From a virus, in IMG/VR virus record IMGVR_UViG_3300032323_003820, positions 1-64,000 of that record: DNA of 64,000 nt; one strand, 5' to 3'. A program made the position numbers and the translations under genes. Positions within the stretch are counted from its first letter, which is position 1, and each line of letters begins with the position of its first letter. This document shows, piece by piece, positions 38,978 through 49,246 of this stretch. The notes beneath the pieces were generated by a model. It was not told the origin of the DNA and did no database searches. It saw only the letters and a list, made by a program, of their open reading frames with translations.

Positions 38978-40555
38978 TTATTTTATTTTACTCATTAAGT
39001 CCTTAATTCTTAAGAATTGAGGTGCTTCGTAAGTCTTATTTTCAATAAGTGTTGTTGAAGAGCCTGTTTGTACATTTTGTACTAACTTATTCTCAACTGT
39101 CTCATTGATTGATTTTGTTTCAGTTTGAGTCAATTCATCTTTAACTGCTCTGTAAAGAGATTTAGATTCTTTCAAAGATTGAACATTATCAAACCTTCTC
39201 AAAATATTTATCTTTTCCTTTTTAGTTGTTGAATGTTCAGTAAAGATTCTAGTTGCATATGCTAAGTTAGAGTTGAATATTGCTACTTCGTTCAATTTTT
39301 CTCTGAAGACATTTAGAGCTTTTCTATATTCTTCATTCTTTTCTCTCAAAGCAACAACTTCAGTTTCTAAAGATTCGTTCTTTAAATTTCTATTGTTAGT
39401 AATTCCTTTTCTCAAACCTTTAGGTCCAAATGCATATCCTCTAGCAGCTTCTTTAGTTTCAACCTTTTTTACTACTTTGGATTTTGCTTCCATGTTTTCA
39501 CCCTTCTTGTATTCGAATTTAGCCTTTCCAGTACCCATAGTTTTAGGACCTTCTTTTTTGTCTTCTTTAAATCCACCAGAAACTTTGTTCTTGTAAGTGA
39601 ATTTAGGACCTGAGCCAATTCCAACACCTTTAGGTTTTATGGATTTTTTTCCTTCTTTTGTTTCTTTTTTCTTAGCCTTTTTATGACTATATGATTCCAT
39701 CATTTCCTCTTCGTCATCAAATTCCATCATTTCCTCTTCGTCATCAGATTCCATCATTTCCTCTTCGTCATCAAATTCCATCATTTCCTCTTCGTCATCA
39801 GATTCCATCATTTCCTCTTCGTCATCAGATTCCATCATTTCCTCTTCGTCATCAGATTCCATCATTTCATCTTCGTCATCAGATTCCATCATTTCGTCTT
39901 CGTCATCAGATTCCATCATTTCGTCTTCATCCTCTTCGTTGAATTCAATTTCATAGACAACTTCTTCTTCAGAATCATCAACATTCATTTCAACATCAGA
40001 TTCTAAATCTGACATGTTTGGTTCGTCGGAAAAAATTGCGTCAATTACATCTTGAACTTTTTCGTCAGATACTTCTTCGTTATATTCCATAGTTTCGTAG
40101 TTTTCTTCATAGGATTCTCCTAATTTTATAAGATACTCTGCATCTTGTTTGTTGTCTTTGAGATGAACCATTTCATCATCTTTTTTTACGATGATTCCAT
40201 CGTCTTCACCCATAGCTTTAAATACTCTAAGTATTTCTTCGTCGGATGCAGATGTCAAATCAATTGGTTCTTCCATTTCAGAATCTCCACTTGCGTCGAA
40301 ATCAACTTCAACATCTTCCTCACCCTCTTCATCATCGGATGACATGTCTAAGTCAACATCAACTTCCTCTTCGGAATCAACATTGTCAGTGTCTAACTCT
40401 TCTTCGTCTTGTTCAGATAAAGACTCTTTTACTAATTGGCTGATTTCTTCCTTCATAGTAGAAGCAAGTATTCCTTTTGCATTTTCGGCAATAACATCTT
40501 CAACATTTTTCATTTGAATGAGTGCCTCTTCAACAAGATTTTTGTTTTCTTGCAT
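38978..40555 (-). CDS. Prohead core/scaffold protein
   Basis: Very acidic; lies between the protease and the MCP; C-terminal coiled coil. ATG 40555 preferred (TATTTATT at 40575-40582). Confidence 0.8.
   Translation of the reverse strand: MQENKNLVEEALIQMKNVEDVIAENAKGILASTMKEEISQLVKESLSEQDEEELDTDNVDSEEEVDVDLDMSSDDEEGEEDVEVDFDASGDSEMEEPIDLTSASDEEILRVFKAMGEDDGIIVKKDDEMVHLKDNKQDAEYLIKLGESYEENYETMEYNEEVSDEKVQDVIDAIFSDEPNMSDLESDVEMNVDDSEEEVVYEIEFNEEDEDEMMESDDEDEMMESDDEDEMMESDDEEEMMESDDEEEMMESDDEEEMMEFDDEEEMMESDDEEEMMEFDDEEEMMESYSHKKAKKKETKEGKKSIKPKGVGIGSGPKFTYKNKVSGGFKEDKKEGPKTMGTGKAKFEYKKGENMEAKSKVVKKVETKEAARGYAFGPKGLRKGITNNRNLKNESLETEVVALREKNEEYRKALNVFREKLNEVAIFNSNLAYATRIFTEHSTTKKEKINILRRFDNVQSLKESKSLYRAVKDELTQTETKSINETVENKLVQNVQTGSSTTLIENKTYEAPQFLRIKDLMSKIK
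39693..39935 (-). repeat. 9 x 27-nt tandem repeat encoding DDE(E/D)EMME(S/F)
   Basis: Unit gattccatcatttcctcttcgtcatca, no spacers. Confidence 0.95.
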
Positions 40556-40642
40556 AATTTTGATAATTTTATTCAATAAATAGTATCAAATACAAAAAAA
40601 GTTTTTATTATCTATCAGAAATTCAAACTTTTATGTTTACGC

Positions 40643-40672
40643 AAAAAAAAAGTGGTCGAATTTGACCACTTT
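40643..40672 (-). terminator. Intrinsic terminator
   Basis: AAAGTGGTC-gaattt-GACCACTTT with a T-run on the minus strand. Confidence 0.75.
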
Positions 40673-40681
40673 AAAATTTTA

Positions 40682-40894
40682 TTAATCTTCTACAACTTCA
40701 TCTATTTTACTTTCGGAAACTGAAGTTATTCTCCAATCGTATGAAAAATTTTTATAGAGTTTTGTAACCTTAGCTTCAATATCAGTGACAGTATAACCTT
40801 TCACTAATTTTTCTTCTCTGATTTTTTTAATTTTACCACTATTCTCATCAGGTAAATCATAAGTGACTTTTGCCACAAAATATTTTTCGTTCAT
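40682..40894 (-). CDS. DUF4494-like small protein
   Basis: YF.AKV.Y....G..KK..E..LV....TD.EA pattern known from Bacteroidota and their phages. Confidence 0.65.
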   Translation of the reverse strand: MNEKYFVAKVTYDLPDENSGKIKKIREEKLVKGYTVTDIEAKVTKLYKNFSYDWRITSVSESKIDEVVED

Positions 40895-40900
40895 GTTTAA

Positions 40901-41623
40901 TTATTTTGATAAATAATCGGATAATTTTTTCATTAAATCAATAGACTGGTTTACACTTGGAGCTGAAGTAATTTTATTCTTTTTTTCCTCCTCCAAATTT
41001 TCTTCATATTTTTCTCTCTCTGTAACGTCGTCAAAAAGATACGCTCCTGGTGTTGATGGCGAGGAAACTAAATCGAAACAAATTAATTCAAAATCTTCTT
41101 GTACTTCATTTCTTTCACCCACTTTCTTTAGTGACCCAACCCCTCTCGAAGATATCCCCAAAGTAACTCCTTGTCTCAAAAGGTTTGCTGCAATGTCCCC
41201 TTTGGTTGTTACTACACCTCTTTCATGAAACCCTGGTGAAGTAAGTAATTTTAATTTACCCATTAAGATATTTCTATCCCACCATATGTCTGTAATTAAA
41301 TGAGATACTCTGTCTAAGTCTATCAAAGAAGATTCAGGATGATTAAGTTCAGAAGTTGAGAGTCCTTTCTTAATTATTTGTTTATACTTCTCAGCTTCTC
41401 TTTTAAGTATTGGTTCAGGATAGGTTCTACCATTTCTATTCGGGGTATTATATTTCTGTAATACTGCATAAAATTCAAAAGGGTTTCTATAATCTACATT
41501 CTTAGACTCATTCATGAACTTGAGGTTTATATCATCCAACGGAGATATATAACCCGCGTCCATTTCAACCAAAATTCCGAACCCTTGTTCGTGTGCTTCT
41601 AATATTCTAAGTTTTTTTTCCAT
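40901..41623 (-). CDS. gp21: Prohead core protease (T4 gp21-like)
   Basis: NRNGRTY, ELNHP, VSH, LGISSRGVGS, FDLVSSPSTPGA. Confidence 0.95.
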   Translation of the reverse strand: MEKKLRILEAHEQGFGILVEMDAGYISPLDDINLKFMNESKNVDYRNPFEFYAVLQKYNTPNRNGRTYPEPILKREAEKYKQIIKKGLSTSELNHPESSLIDLDRVSHLITDIWWDRNILMGKLKLLTSPGFHERGVVTTKGDIAANLLRQGVTLGISSRGVGSLKKVGERNEVQEDFELICFDLVSSPSTPGAYLFDDVTEREKYEENLEEEKKNKITSAPSVNQSIDLMKKLSDYLSK

Positions 41624-41659
41624 TAACTTTTTTAAATAAATATTTGTTTTAAGTAATAC

Positions 41660-42088
41660 TTACTTTTTCGTCAAAGAAAAATCGAAATACTGATTGTCTA
41701 AGATATTAGTTTTTTGAATGCTACGGACAATTCTTTTTACAGAATCCTTAATTTCATTCGACTTGAAATCAAGTTCTTTGTCGAGATAAAGATTAATCTC
41801 TAAGTTAAAAAATGACTTTTTACCTGAAAAGATACCACTTGTCCTTAAGTCTAAATCTACAATCGAATTTTTACTAAATAAATTTGTATTGATTGAATCA
41901 AATACTGTGTGTTTTAGTTCTCTACTTAAATTACCAACAACTCTATTCCAATTTTCTAAGTCTTGTTTGGGTGATACCCATGATTGTATGTTAATGTAAA
42001 GTGATTTCAAGTTTTTGGAGTCTACCGTACCATATGAAGATTTGAACGAGTTTGATAAATTCATCTTCACATTTTTTCCTTTTTTCAT
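41660..42088 (-). CDS. Hypothetical phage protein
   Basis: 142 aa; upstream TTTGACA-N17-TATCTT promoter-like element. Confidence 0.7.
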   Translation of the reverse strand: MKKGKNVKMNLSNSFKSSYGTVDSKNLKSLYINIQSWVSPKQDLENWNRVVGNLSRELKHTVFDSINTNLFSKNSIVDLDLRTSGIFSGKKSFFNLEINLYLDKELDFKSNEIKDSVKRIVRSIQKTNILDNQYFDFSLTKK

Positions 42089-42168
42089 CTATGAACCATA
42101 TTTCCAAAGTTTATTTTTAAAAAGATAACACATAACTTTATCTATGTCAAAATTTTAAGAATAAACTA

Positions 42169-42176
42169 TATATTTG
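42169..42176 (+). promoter_or_regulatory. Bacteroidota housekeeping -7 element TAnnTTTG (TATATTTG) for bS21
   Basis: 6 nt before ATG 42183. Confidence 0.6.
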
Positions 42177-42182
42177 TAATAT

Positions 42183-42368
42183 ATGTTGATAATAGAAATT
42201 AAAAATAATGGAGGGATAGAAAAAGCCCTGAAAACTTTGAAGTCTAAAGTAATTAAGACGAAGCAACAAAAATTACTTACGGAGAGAAAGGAGTATACTA
42301 AAAAGTCAGTCAAAGAAAGAAGTGAAAGACTTAAAGCAATATATGTTCAGAAAAAAAGAAACAATTAA
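42183..42368 (+). CDS. rpsU: Ribosomal protein bS21 (phage-encoded, Bacteroidota type)
   Basis: MLII.IK....IEKALK..K.K..KT....L..RK.Y.K.SV..R....KA.Y.Q; Tyr at position 54. Confidence 0.9.
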   Translation: MLIIEIKNNGGIEKALKTLKSKVIKTKQQKLLTERKEYTKKSVKERSERLKAIYVQKKRNN

Positions 42369-43069
42369 ATTGATTCTTCAAGTTTTTTCAATCTCAAAAA
42401 ATTAATTTGATTGAACTTGTCATTCTGAATTTTGTCTATTGTTTCTTGAATCTTTTGTTTAGTCTCCAAGTCAGTCTCGTTTTCCAAAACGGGAGAAAGT
42501 TTTTGTAAAGTTTTTTCTTTTAATGAATTGAACCTACTTTCTAAAGATTCACTATCTTCTTTAATTAATTCAAAAAATTCCTTTTTTGTATTTTCATCTA
42601 AAGATTCAATGTAATTTTGAACTGTTTGATTAGCAACTCTAACCATCGTACTCAAAGGAATGTTGATTGGTTTCTGATTTTTAATCTCGGATTCACTGAG
42701 TGTTTTGTAAAGTTTTTTCTTTAAATTAACTCTTTCAGTCAAATCAATTTTCTTATTCAAATAAACCAAGTCATCAATATCCTGATATCTATTTTGAATT
42801 TTGGTTTCAGTCATCAACTTAGGTAATTTAATATGTTGTAGGAGTGATTGTATCATTTGTATTCCTTCGTTCACAAATTCTTTAGCATCTTGTTCATTCA
42901 AACCTTTTGGATTCGACAACTCGTCATATAAAGAATATACTTTGGACAAATCTTTATTATTAAGAATATTCTGTTTGAATTCCATCAAACTTTTCTTGAA
43001 AGATTTTTCATCTTTATAAGATTCTATTAAACTATTTTCTATTACCGATTTGATGAGCCCAAAAGTCAT
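42365..43069 (-). CDS. Hypothetical head-module protein
   Basis: 234 aa; TATTTATA at 43086-43093; many [L/I]xE sites. Confidence 0.7.
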   Translation of the reverse strand: MTFGLIKSVIENSLIESYKDEKSFKKSLMEFKQNILNNKDLSKVYSLYDELSNPKGLNEQDAKEFVNEGIQMIQSLLQHIKLPKLMTETKIQNRYQDIDDLVYLNKKIDLTERVNLKKKLYKTLSESEIKNQKPINIPLSTMVRVANQTVQNYIESLDENTKKEFFELIKEDSESLESRFNSLKEKTLQKLSPVLENETDLETKQKIQETIDKIQNDKFNQINFLRLKKLEESI

Positions 43070-43093
43070 ATATTTGTGATTTGAATATAAATA

Positions 43094-44923
43094 TTACGAA
43101 TTTAATAACTTATCTAATTCTTTTTCGATTTCACCTAAAGAATCTTGTCCTTGGTTAAGTTCAAGGTAAGTATCACCTTTAAAAATGTTATTTTCTACTA
43201 AAATATTCATTCTTTCATCTTGTCCCTCAGGTGTCACTCCAGCAGGTGCAGTAATCTCGCCTTCAGGTTGTGGTTCAGGTGCTGGTGGTATAGTTGGTTC
43301 TTCCGTACCCGCAAATGCACCACCTAATTCAGGGGCTGCACCTGCAGTTGCCGCTGTTGGAGTAGAACCACTCGATTGAGAATACAACTTATCGATAGTA
43401 TCAAATAATCCAGTTTTACTTATAACTGTTGGTGTTTGTTTGAGTTCTTCACCGATTGCCCTTTCCAACCTTTGTTGCATCAAATCTACTTTGATTTCTT
43501 CATCAGACCAACCAAATATATGTTTCTTCGCCCATGTACTTGAGGTTGGTTGAATTCCATTTCCTGGGTCTAATACCAAATCTTTATACAGAAGGACTTT
43601 TTCTTTCCAAACATCTATCTTTAATAAATCTGCCTGAGTAGAAGGATTAGTCAATCCAAGTGTGAAGTTAGAAATCTCATCTTCAAATCCCAAAAGAAAC
43701 AAATGAACAATTGCAATCTTGTTCAATTCCTGAATCATACTTTTTTGAATTCTATTTATAGTTCTTGCAAAACGAATGTCTTGAAGTGATAGGTTTTTAC
43801 CATCACCAACTACTTGCTCAAATCCCAAGAAAGCTTTCGGAACACGAAGTGCGGTCAGAAGTTTTTTCTGAATATATTCAATATCGGCAATTTCTGATAG
43901 GTTTTGTGCCCCTGCCAAAGTTTCAATTGGACTTGGAGCTGCAGGGTCTCTCACAGGAACAAAATAATCTTGGTCCACTGCCATTTGATTGAACCTTAAA
44001 TCTACGTTACCCGTTTTAGAATCAACAACTTGTTGCCTTTTAAATTTATCTGCAACACGATTTACATATGCTTCAACATCATTGTCATCCATGTTTCCAA
44101 CAAAAATCTTGAAAATTCTTCTTTCAGGTGCTCTTGATGTTCTATAAATCATCATAGCATCCTCAGATAAAAGTAATTGTTTCCAAATTCTTCTAGCCTT
44201 TTCTAACATTGATGTTCCGTATGGAAGTTTTCTATCATCACCAAGTAATCTGAAGTGACCAACTTCCCACGTTTGAAATGTCATGTTTTTAGATTTCCAT
44301 TCAAAAGTTAAAGCTTTTTTTGCTTCAGCTTTCCCTAAATTGACCGCATTTTTATCGGTAACCCCGATTTCATGTCTTTCAATTTCTATGTTTGGTAATT
44401 GTTGACATCCTACAATACCCTTTTCGGGGTCTAATTTAAGATAAATAAAATTATCACCGAACTTACAAGTATTTCTTGTCCACATCGGTAAATTTGTGTT
44501 GATATCGAGTGTATTATTGAACAAATCTGCCAAAACCGCTTTTATTCTTTTCGATTCAGAATAAATTTGTAACATAAACCCATCTTCATTTACCGTAGTA
44601 GATTCCTCGGCATATATGTCCAAAGCTGCAGATATTTCTGGCGTATACTCCATGGACTCATAATCATACGTAGCCGAAAGTCTTGAAGGTTCGTAAAATA
44701 TTGCTTGAGTATATAGATTGTTTTCAACTTTAGCCCATTGATTTGCGATATAATAAGTTTGTTGAGCTTGTAGTTTTTCTCTTTCGTATTCTCCTCTATC
44801 TTGTGTTCTTAATAATTCTTTTTTGTCGAATTTAAAAGTTGGGTAATCCTGACCCAAAAGAGAATTTGGACCAAATGCTTTACCTAATCTTTGCCAAATC
44901 GTCAGATTGTTATTTTCCGCCAT
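43094..44923 (-). CDS. gp20: Portal protein (T4 gp20-like)
   Basis: PEISAALDIYAEE, PYGTSMLE.ARR.WKQL.L.EDAM.IYR..RAPERR.F, I.TL.G..NL.EI.DIEY. Confidence 0.95.
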   Translation of the reverse strand: MAENNNLTIWQRLGKAFGPNSLLGQDYPTFKFDKKELLRTQDRGEYEREKLQAQQTYYIANQWAKVENNLYTQAIFYEPSRLSATYDYESMEYTPEISAALDIYAEESTTVNEDGFMLQIYSESKRIKAVLADLFNNTLDINTNLPMWTRNTCKFGDNFIYLKLDPEKGIVGCQQLPNIEIERHEIGVTDKNAVNLGKAEAKKALTFEWKSKNMTFQTWEVGHFRLLGDDRKLPYGTSMLEKARRIWKQLLLSEDAMMIYRTSRAPERRIFKIFVGNMDDNDVEAYVNRVADKFKRQQVVDSKTGNVDLRFNQMAVDQDYFVPVRDPAAPSPIETLAGAQNLSEIADIEYIQKKLLTALRVPKAFLGFEQVVGDGKNLSLQDIRFARTINRIQKSMIQELNKIAIVHLFLLGFEDEISNFTLGLTNPSTQADLLKIDVWKEKVLLYKDLVLDPGNGIQPTSSTWAKKHIFGWSDEEIKVDLMQQRLERAIGEELKQTPTVISKTGLFDTIDKLYSQSSGSTPTAATAGAAPELGGAFAGTEEPTIPPAPEPQPEGEITAPAGVTPEGQDERMNILVENNIFKGDTYLELNQGQDSLGEIEKELDKLLNS

Positions 44924-44963
44924 TTTACAATTTTAGTTTTACCTATTGATAATATAAATAGTT

Positions 44964-46721
44964 CTAATTAGTAAACAACCATCTATATTTCTCATAGTCA
45001 TCTCTGGACGGTCCTTGGTTTGGAAAATGTTGTCTTTTTTGGTCTGTTTGAGGCATCATTGGATTGAAAAATTGTGATGAGTTTTTGTTCTCATTTATCG
45101 AAGTTGCCCAAGAATCAATCATTGCCTTTGTATGATTCAAATTTTTTGTAAGTTTTTGAAAAGATTTTTCTGCAACATATGTTGCCATAGATATGCCCAT
45201 GATACAATCGTCATGATGTCCCTTTTGATGGTCAGGTCTTCCATTAATATAAACAAAGGTATTCATTTCGTTATATAATCTGTGAGACCTAACTTTAAAT
45301 CCATGTCGAACATTTTCTTCAAACGACGCAATAATTTGGACTCTTTTACTATTGAAATTTATTCCAGGTATTTTTTCGTTAATTTTAGGGTCCCATTTCC
45401 ATTTGTTCGCAGTATCTACCGTATCAACATACAGTCCTTTGTAGTTTAATTCTTGTAATTTTCTTGCCGTTGCCACTCCCATACCACCTGTAAGGTCAAC
45501 AACACAAAATGCGTCATACATGGTTCCCCACTTATACGCTATTTCAGCAACAACATCTGGTGGTACTTTAGCAACGTATTCTAAAACTTGTTCATTCTCA
45601 TCGAAATCGATAATTTCTATGCAAGAAAAATCTTCTGAGTCCCCTCTCGATACATCTACTCCCATAATGTACTTGTGTCCGACAACAGGTTCTTTCCAAA
45701 TCCATAGAGCTCCACCCATCAGTTTAGCTCCGGGTTCTTGGAGTGTATTTTGTGCAATATTTTGAAGTATTTCAGATTCAAAGACGTTATCACCTGAACC
45801 CAAAAAGTTACACTCTAATTCCTGAGCAACTTTTCTTCTATCATACTTCAATTTTTTTACCATCCCCTCAAACCAAGAAGAACATGGTTTATATCCTTGT
45901 TTAATGTAATCTGTGACAACAGAATGGTCACGTTCATAAGGGTTTGCAACTGAAAGACTTATGACCGCATCTGTTGAATATTCTTCTTTGTTTAATAAAA
46001 AATGAACCAAATCATTTGTTTTGACCATGTACAAATCTTTTGTATACCTTGGGTCTCGATACCAAAACATCTCAGATATTTTGAAATCGTTCATACTTCT
46101 CAAGGCTTGGTCGTATATCTCATAATAAATCGGGTCATACCCATTCGGTGTAGAAACAACAATAACTTTACCACCTGTAGAAAGTGATGCCATACATGCC
46201 GACCAAAAATCACCGTCAGCATCTATGAACGCAGCTTCATCGAAAATAAGAATTGTTGGAGTATAACCTCTCAAAGCATCCTTTGATGTTGCCACCGCTT
46301 TTACTTCACAATCATTCGTTAGTTTGAAATGTCTTTGAGAATTTTTTTCTTGTGAAAAACCAACACCAACCCAAGCCGGCCATTGTTCTGTGAATGACCT
46401 AATCTTGTTTGCCATTTCCATCGAAGTATCCAACTTGTTCGCAATTATCAGAACCTTTTCAGGTTTTTGTTTTTTTGCGAAGACTAGTTTTTTTGACGCC
46501 CAAGCGGCAGTAACTGTAGAAACACCTGCCTGTCTATATTTGAGGGCAATGTTTTCGTTAAAATTTTCGTAGTCTTCTATTAATGAAACTTGGTCAGGAA
46601 ACAAATCTAAAGGGACATACTTAGAAACCGTGTTATCATAGGTTTGTAAGTATGTCCTTAATGCGTATGGTGTATTTCTGATACATTTAGTAACCTCAAT
46701 AATTAATTGTTCTTTGGTCAC
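44964..46721 (-). CDS. terL: Terminase large subunit (T4 gp17-like)
   Basis: KYRQAGVST, LIFDEAAFI, VSTPNG, QELECNF, GVDVSRG, HDDCIM; GTG start. Confidence 0.95.
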   Translation of the reverse strand: MTKEQLIIEVTKCIRNTPYALRTYLQTYDNTVSKYVPLDLFPDQVSLIEDYENFNENIALKYRQAGVSTVTAAWASKKLVFAKKQKPEKVLIIANKLDTSMEMANKIRSFTEQWPAWVGVGFSQEKNSQRHFKLTNDCEVKAVATSKDALRGYTPTILIFDEAAFIDADGDFWSACMASLSTGGKVIVVSTPNGYDPIYYEIYDQALRSMNDFKISEMFWYRDPRYTKDLYMVKTNDLVHFLLNKEEYSTDAVISLSVANPYERDHSVVTDYIKQGYKPCSSWFEGMVKKLKYDRRKVAQELECNFLGSGDNVFESEILQNIAQNTLQEPGAKLMGGALWIWKEPVVGHKYIMGVDVSRGDSEDFSCIEIIDFDENEQVLEYVAKVPPDVVAEIAYKWGTMYDAFCVVDLTGGMGVATARKLQELNYKGLYVDTVDTANKWKWDPKINEKIPGINFNSKRVQIIASFEENVRHGFKVRSHRLYNEMNTFVYINGRPDHQKGHHDDCIMGISMATYVAEKSFQKLTKNLNHTKAMIDSWATSINENKNSSQFFNPMMPQTDQKRQHFPNQGPSRDDYEKYRWLFTN

Positions 46722-46730
46722 AAATTTTTT

Positions 46731-48041
46731 TTAAGTTAGGGATATTCCCAATCCACCCAAGAAATCTTTGAGGTCGTCATCATCATCGTTAACGTCATCA
46801 GAGTCAGGTTCTTCACCCTTACTTTCTTTATAAGAATCGTACTCTTCTTTCATTTTCATAGCCTCTTTCATCAACTCTTCAAATCTTTTTGTGGCTTTTT
46901 TATTTTTTGATTCATCGGTAGAAATTACATCACCAATTACATTCAAAAATTCCTTGGCTTCTAACATGTATAATTGTACTTTGAACCAATTTATTAATCC
47001 TTTATTTGAATCATTAAACATCTCATCAGGTAAGACCATTCTAAGTTTTTCAACTATTTCTGGACCTATTCTGAGTTGCATTGGTTCGTTCGATAATAAA
47101 TCTGTCTGACCCATTACTTTTTGTGCCAACTCGGTATCTTGAGGTAAACCATGTCTTCCTGCAGACTCTTCAATACCTTTGATAACTTCATGACAAAGAA
47201 TAGGGAAAATTAAACCATCTGCAACAATTTTTGTATCAGGTTTTTCCTCACCTTCTTCACCACCACCTTCTTCATCGTCTGAATCATTGTCTTGAAGTTC
47301 AACTTTACCAGCAACACCATTTCCAGTTTGACTCATCATTTCAATCATTTGTTCCATAGTGAAATAAAGAAAATCATTGATTGCCATAATACCTAAATAA
47401 GCAGGATACAATCTTGTATCAATTCTATCTAATTCTGCTCTTATTTCAGGTTTTTGAAATATGTAATGACCTTTTTTAGCAGCACCTTGGATGATGGCGT
47501 TTATGATATTTCTTTTGTGTTTTTCTAATTCAAATATTTCCTCATCTGTCAAATCCTCAACCTCAAATGATGGAATTTCTAATTTATTTTCTTCATCATC
47601 ATCTTCATCTTCCTTTTCTTCTTCAGGTTGGTATCTGAAGTTAGAAACATCTATTGGTTGTCTGTTCAACCTTGCAACTATCTCATACCAATCACTCGGT
47701 ACTTCAGTTTCTTCTAAACACGCCTCTATCGCCAAGTTTTCCAACTCTTCTCTATGTCTACCCTCGATTTGCATTATCGTTGGTACTTTAGACATCATCT
47801 CCCTATAAATCATTGCTTGGACCTGTTGCGAACTAATATTTTGATTTCCTGTAACCTCTTTCAACTTATCGGCAACTTTACCAAATCTTGAACTTACTAA
47901 TCTCTGCACATCATCAGAACCCTTTTTGAATGAAGGATTGTCAGAATAAATGTTTTCACCTGACCTTAATTTTCTTTCTAAATTAGGGTCCATCCTTTCA
48001 GGTCTATTTCCGTAATCTATTTGTTCTTTTATTTTAGCCAT
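46731..48041 (-). CDS. Hypothetical acidic head-module protein
   Basis: 436 aa. Confidence 0.7.
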   Translation of the reverse strand: MAKIKEQIDYGNRPERMDPNLERKLRSGENIYSDNPSFKKGSDDVQRLVSSRFGKVADKLKEVTGNQNISSQQVQAMIYREMMSKVPTIMQIEGRHREELENLAIEACLEETEVPSDWYEIVARLNRQPIDVSNFRYQPEEEKEDEDDDEENKLEIPSFEVEDLTDEEIFELEKHKRNIINAIIQGAAKKGHYIFQKPEIRAELDRIDTRLYPAYLGIMAINDFLYFTMEQMIEMMSQTGNGVAGKVELQDNDSDDEEGGGEEGEEKPDTKIVADGLIFPILCHEVIKGIEESAGRHGLPQDTELAQKVMGQTDLLSNEPMQLRIGPEIVEKLRMVLPDEMFNDSNKGLINWFKVQLYMLEAKEFLNVIGDVISTDESKNKKATKRFEELMKEAMKMKEEYDSYKESKGEEPDSDDVNDDDDDLKDFLGGLGISLT

Positions 48042-48861
48042 TTTTCAAAATTTTTACTATAGCATCTATCACTGCAGATTTAGCTTCCTCAGGATTTTTA
48101 GCCTTCGGAGCAGGATTAACTTTTGGATTAGGATTTCTACCTGGATGACCAGGTTTTATTTTTGGTGGATTTTTGGTACCGGGCTTGGGTTCTTTGACAC
48201 CTGGTTTTGGTGCGACTTTTGGTTCCGCCTCAACCAAATAGTTCATTAAATCCTTCTTTGTAATTTTAGGTGGTAAGTGTGATTCTACAAGTTTCATAAT
48301 TTTTTCCTCCAAAAACAAAGATACGGGATTTTTTCCTTCTCCTAATTGTTTTTTTACTTGTTTAACACATCTTTCCCATTTTCTCGATTTTTTTGGTCCT
48401 ACTTGAGAATGACAAATAGCCCATGCATTATTTTCCTTTTTCGATTCTGTCATACCAACAGAACTCAAATTTTTGTTTTTTGGGTTAGTATCATCATCCA
48501 TACCATCATCAGCTTCGTCGCTTTGGTCTTCGGGTGGCAATTGACCATTAACTTTTTGAGTTAAGTCTTGTTGCACCAAATAATCGTCGTCATCTTCATT
48601 TACCTCTTCGGTTGGAGTTGCCTTAATCCCTGTTGCTGTTTTTTGTATTGATAACTTTTTTCCTGCTTCCGTGGGTGGTAATGTTACACCTTTCTCGGCA
48701 TCTGCCGTCGGAATATTATAAGAAGTTGTTGTTGTTTGTGTAATTGCTTCTCCTAATAATTTTGAATGTAAAATAGAAATTTGCCCTTCATTAAGTTTTG
48801 ATACTGTTTTGGAGGACAACCCTTTTTCAATTAGTTCTAAGGCTTTTTTATTAACTTTCAT
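48034..48861 (-). CDS. Hypothetical head-module protein (Pro/Lys-rich C-terminus)
   Basis: Track start 48885 is TTG inside the upstream gene; ATG 48861 preferred. Confidence 0.65.
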   Translation of the reverse strand: MKVNKKALELIEKGLSSKTVSKLNEGQISILHSKLLGEAITQTTTTSYNIPTADAEKGVTLPPTEAGKKLSIQKTATGIKATPTEEVNEDDDDYLVQQDLTQKVNGQLPPEDQSDEADDGMDDDTNPKNKNLSSVGMTESKKENNAWAICHSQVGPKKSRKWERCVKQVKKQLGEGKNPVSLFLEEKIMKLVESHLPPKITKKDLMNYLVEAEPKVAPKPGVKEPKPGTKNPPKIKPGHPGRNPNPKVNPAPKAKNPEEAKSAVIDAIVKILKNG

Positions 48862-49246
48862 ATACAACCTTTTTTTCAAATTCAAGAATTAAATCATTCT
48901 CGTATAATTTATCTTTGATATCTTTTTCGGTTTCTCCGAAACGAAACACTAGTCTTTTTTTGTGAGTTTCATCTTCCTTTTCCCAAGCCATTGCAACAAC
49001 ATCGTCCATTGCATCGACCATTGAAAAATAATCGGAGTTCTGAATCAACTCCAATTTTAACTCGGTGTTTTTCAGAACTCCTACTCTTTTAATATATTTC
49101 AACTCTGGTGGATGTGGGTATGAATTTGATGGTTTACTTTCCCAAGATTCTCCCCAAACATCCGTAGTATCAGAAAAAATAAATTCGTATAAATTATCTC
49201 CTTTATAATCAGGACCAAGTCCATTTATAAAAATTAAATAACTCAT
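48851..49246 (-). CDS. Hypothetical phage protein
   Basis: 131 aa. Confidence 0.7.
   Translation of the reverse strand: MSYLIFINGLGPDYKGDNLYEFIFSDTTDVWGESWESKPSNSYPHPPELKYIKRVGVLKNTELKLELIQNSDYFSMVDAMDDVVAMAWEKEDETHKKRLVFRFGETEKDIKDKLYENDLILEFEKKVVYES

Noticed and set aside
39691-39942. 27-nt repeats as a CRISPR array, or the IPSFPLRHQ ORF
   Set aside because: No spacers, the unit is a multiple of 3 and in frame within the scaffold gene; the plus-strand ORF is its antisense shadow.
37148-46721. Introns or inteins in MCP, portal or TerL
   Set aside because: ORFs are continuous and no intein or homing-endonuclease motifs were seen; the MCP extra length looks like a folded insertion.
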